In this document: piece by piece, positions 62,833 through 64,000 of the stretch
How positions within the stretch are numbered: position 1 is the stretch's first letter
Layout: every line of letters starts with the position of its first letter
Program-made: the position numbers and the translations under genes
Virus record (IMG/VR): IMGVR_UViG_3300028887_000103
Coordinates: 1-64,000 of that record
Strand: one strand, 5' to 3'
Source: a virus
Taxonomy: Duplodnaviria > Caudoviricetes
Length of the DNA: 64,000 bases
The notes under the pieces: generated by a model
Databases searched by the model: none
What the model was told of the DNA's origin: nothing
The model's input: the letters and a program-made list of their open reading frames with translations, nothing else

Positions 62833-63241
62833 ACTTGATGACCTCTATTTTGGGGTAAAGTTATATCCACTATCCTACAGTTCTAAAGATGACTCGAAGG
62901 AATTGAAAACCTACAACCTGTTTGATTTTGGAAGAGTGAAGTGGAGTGTTGCTAGATGGGTGACGATGAATGATAAAGAAAAGAAGGAAATCTGGAGTGA
63001 CCCGCTAATGTTCTGTTTCGGAGATGTCTGGAGTAGGTGTGAATATGAATTCATTGTCTGTCCGTGGGGTGGTTTAGATGAGAATGATAAAGTTATAGAT
63101 GTCGGAATTAAGATGGATACTTTTGAAATGTATGTTAAACCTAACGAAAAACTGCTGATGAATATGGTAAATAGTGTGAGTGTCAGTAGCGCTAAAAAGT
63201 ATCTATCAGAAGAAAGAAAGCGTATCAAGGGGTTGAAATAG
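62813..63241 (+). CDS. Hypothetical protein
   Basis: Coupled ORF; WSRCEYEFIV. Confidence 0.65.
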   Translation: MENKKVKLDDLYFGVKLYPLSYSSKDDSKELKTYNLFDFGRVKWSVARWVTMNDKEKKEIWSDPLMFCFGDVWSRCEYEFIVCPWGGLDENDKVIDVGIKMDTFEMYVKPNEKLLMNMVNSVSVSSAKKYLSEERKRIKGLK

Positions 63242-63275
63242 AATAGTTTTGCTATAATTCCTCATAGGAGGAATA

Positions 63276-63770
63276 ATGCAAGAGAAGAAATATACTGCTC
63301 AAGATATTGAGGAATTAAAAAAGAAAGACCCTAAAGAATTAACTGCTAAAGAAAAAGGTTTGATAAATCTACGACCAAACAAGCCAGGTGAAACTGGTGA
63401 CAAACATCTAGGAGGAAGAAAGAAGGGTACTCCAAATTGGTCAACCCATTTCAAAAGATTGATGGGCGATGAACAGTTCTTAAATACTATTATCAGTGCT
63501 CTACCTCAACAGTGGGAAGGAGTAGTTGATAAATATCCTGCCAGCGTGATAGCGGCTGGGCTGATTACTACTGCCACTCAACAGATTGCAAAAAGTGTCG
63601 TGGAGGGGAAACCAGTTGACGAACAAACACTACGAATAATAGATAGAATTTCAAAGATTGGATATGGAGATGAAAGTAGAGTAACGCTGAACACAGAAGA
63701 AGGCTTCTTTGATAAAGTGAACTTCACTTTCAATGTGGTAGAGGACAGAGAGCAACCAGAGGAATCCTAG
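63276..63770 (+). CDS. terS: Terminase small subunit (putative)
   Basis: NLRPNKPG..GGRKKGTPN basic motif; stop overlaps terL start. Confidence 0.7.
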   Translation: MQEKKYTAQDIEELKKKDPKELTAKEKGLINLRPNKPGETGDKHLGGRKKGTPNWSTHFKRLMGDEQFLNTIISALPQQWEGVVDKYPASVIAAGLITTATQQIAKSVVEGKPVDEQTLRIIDRISKIGYGDESRVTLNTEEGFFDKVNFTFNVVEDREQPEES

Positions 63771-64000
63771 TGGATATAAGTAAGAAGCAAAGACAATTTC
63801 TACAACTGCTGGAAGACCCTACCATTAACGAACTTCTGATTGGAGGAGCAGGTGGAGGTGCCAAGAGTTTCAGTCTAGGGATGGGAGCAACTCTTTTGGC
63901 TAGAAAGTATCCAGGGGTTAGAATCTTTATGGGAAGAAAAACCCTAAAAAGTCTTAAGCAATCTACTGTCAATACTCTACTTACAAAGGTGTTCCCATTT
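63770..64000 (+). CDS. terL: Terminase large subunit, N-terminal part (runs off window; not in ORF track)
   Basis: GTG 63770; MDISKKQRQFL..LLIGGAGGGAKS (Walker A)..RIFMGRKTLKSLK. Confidence 0.8.
   Translation, partial: MDISKKQRQFLQLLEDPTINELLIGGAGGGAKSFSLGMGATLLARKYPGVRIFMGRKTLKSLKQSTVNTLLTKVFPF

Larger units (their letters stand above)
1..64000. mobile_element. Tailed dsDNA bacteriophage genome segment (siphovirus-type), most of a probably circularly permuted genome
   Basis: Contiguous capsid, connector, tail tube, tape measure, Dit/Tal, lysis, replication and terminase genes; no host housekeeping genes. Confidence 0.97.

Noticed and set aside
1-64000. Stop-codon reassignment
   Set aside because: All recognisable genes are full-length in code 11 and end with TAA, TAG or TGA

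Overview
About 64 kb of a dsDNA tailed (siphovirus-type) phage genome in genetic code 11. It runs from just upstream of the head module round to the start of the terminase large subunit. Gene order: head-associated cargo/accessory genes (two ADP-ribosyltransferase-like domains, fibre-like and LRR proteins), protease-scaffold-capsid fusion, head-tail connectors, tail tube, chaperones, tape measure, Dit/Tal, holin and CHAP endolysin. These are followed by small early genes, a minus-strand RNA-ligase/recombination block, a replication initiator with iterons, a dense non-coding RNA island, nucleases, PNK and glycosyl/phosphoglycosyl transferases, SSB, an expanded 7-deazaguanine DNA-modification cluster, more early genes, and terS/terL. 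No integrase, repressor, DNA polymerase, RNA polymerase or CRISPR array was seen in the window. The most unusual items are: (1) a 107-nt tmRNA-like RNA with an intact alanine tRNA-like domain but almost no mRNA-like domain, next to two independently promoted pseudoknotted RNAs and an atypical tRNA(CAU); (2) a dpd cluster with two DpdA paralogues, three ParB-like proteins, a QueF-like protein, a YhhQ transporter, a GT4 glycosyltransferase and a HAD-phosphatase-QueC fusion, suggesting a further-decorated deazaguanine base; (3) a repeated N-GGxGSGNxGHxGRP tag heading interchangeable enzyme domains next to the head genes. All product names come from motifs recognised by eye; no searches or folding programs were run.
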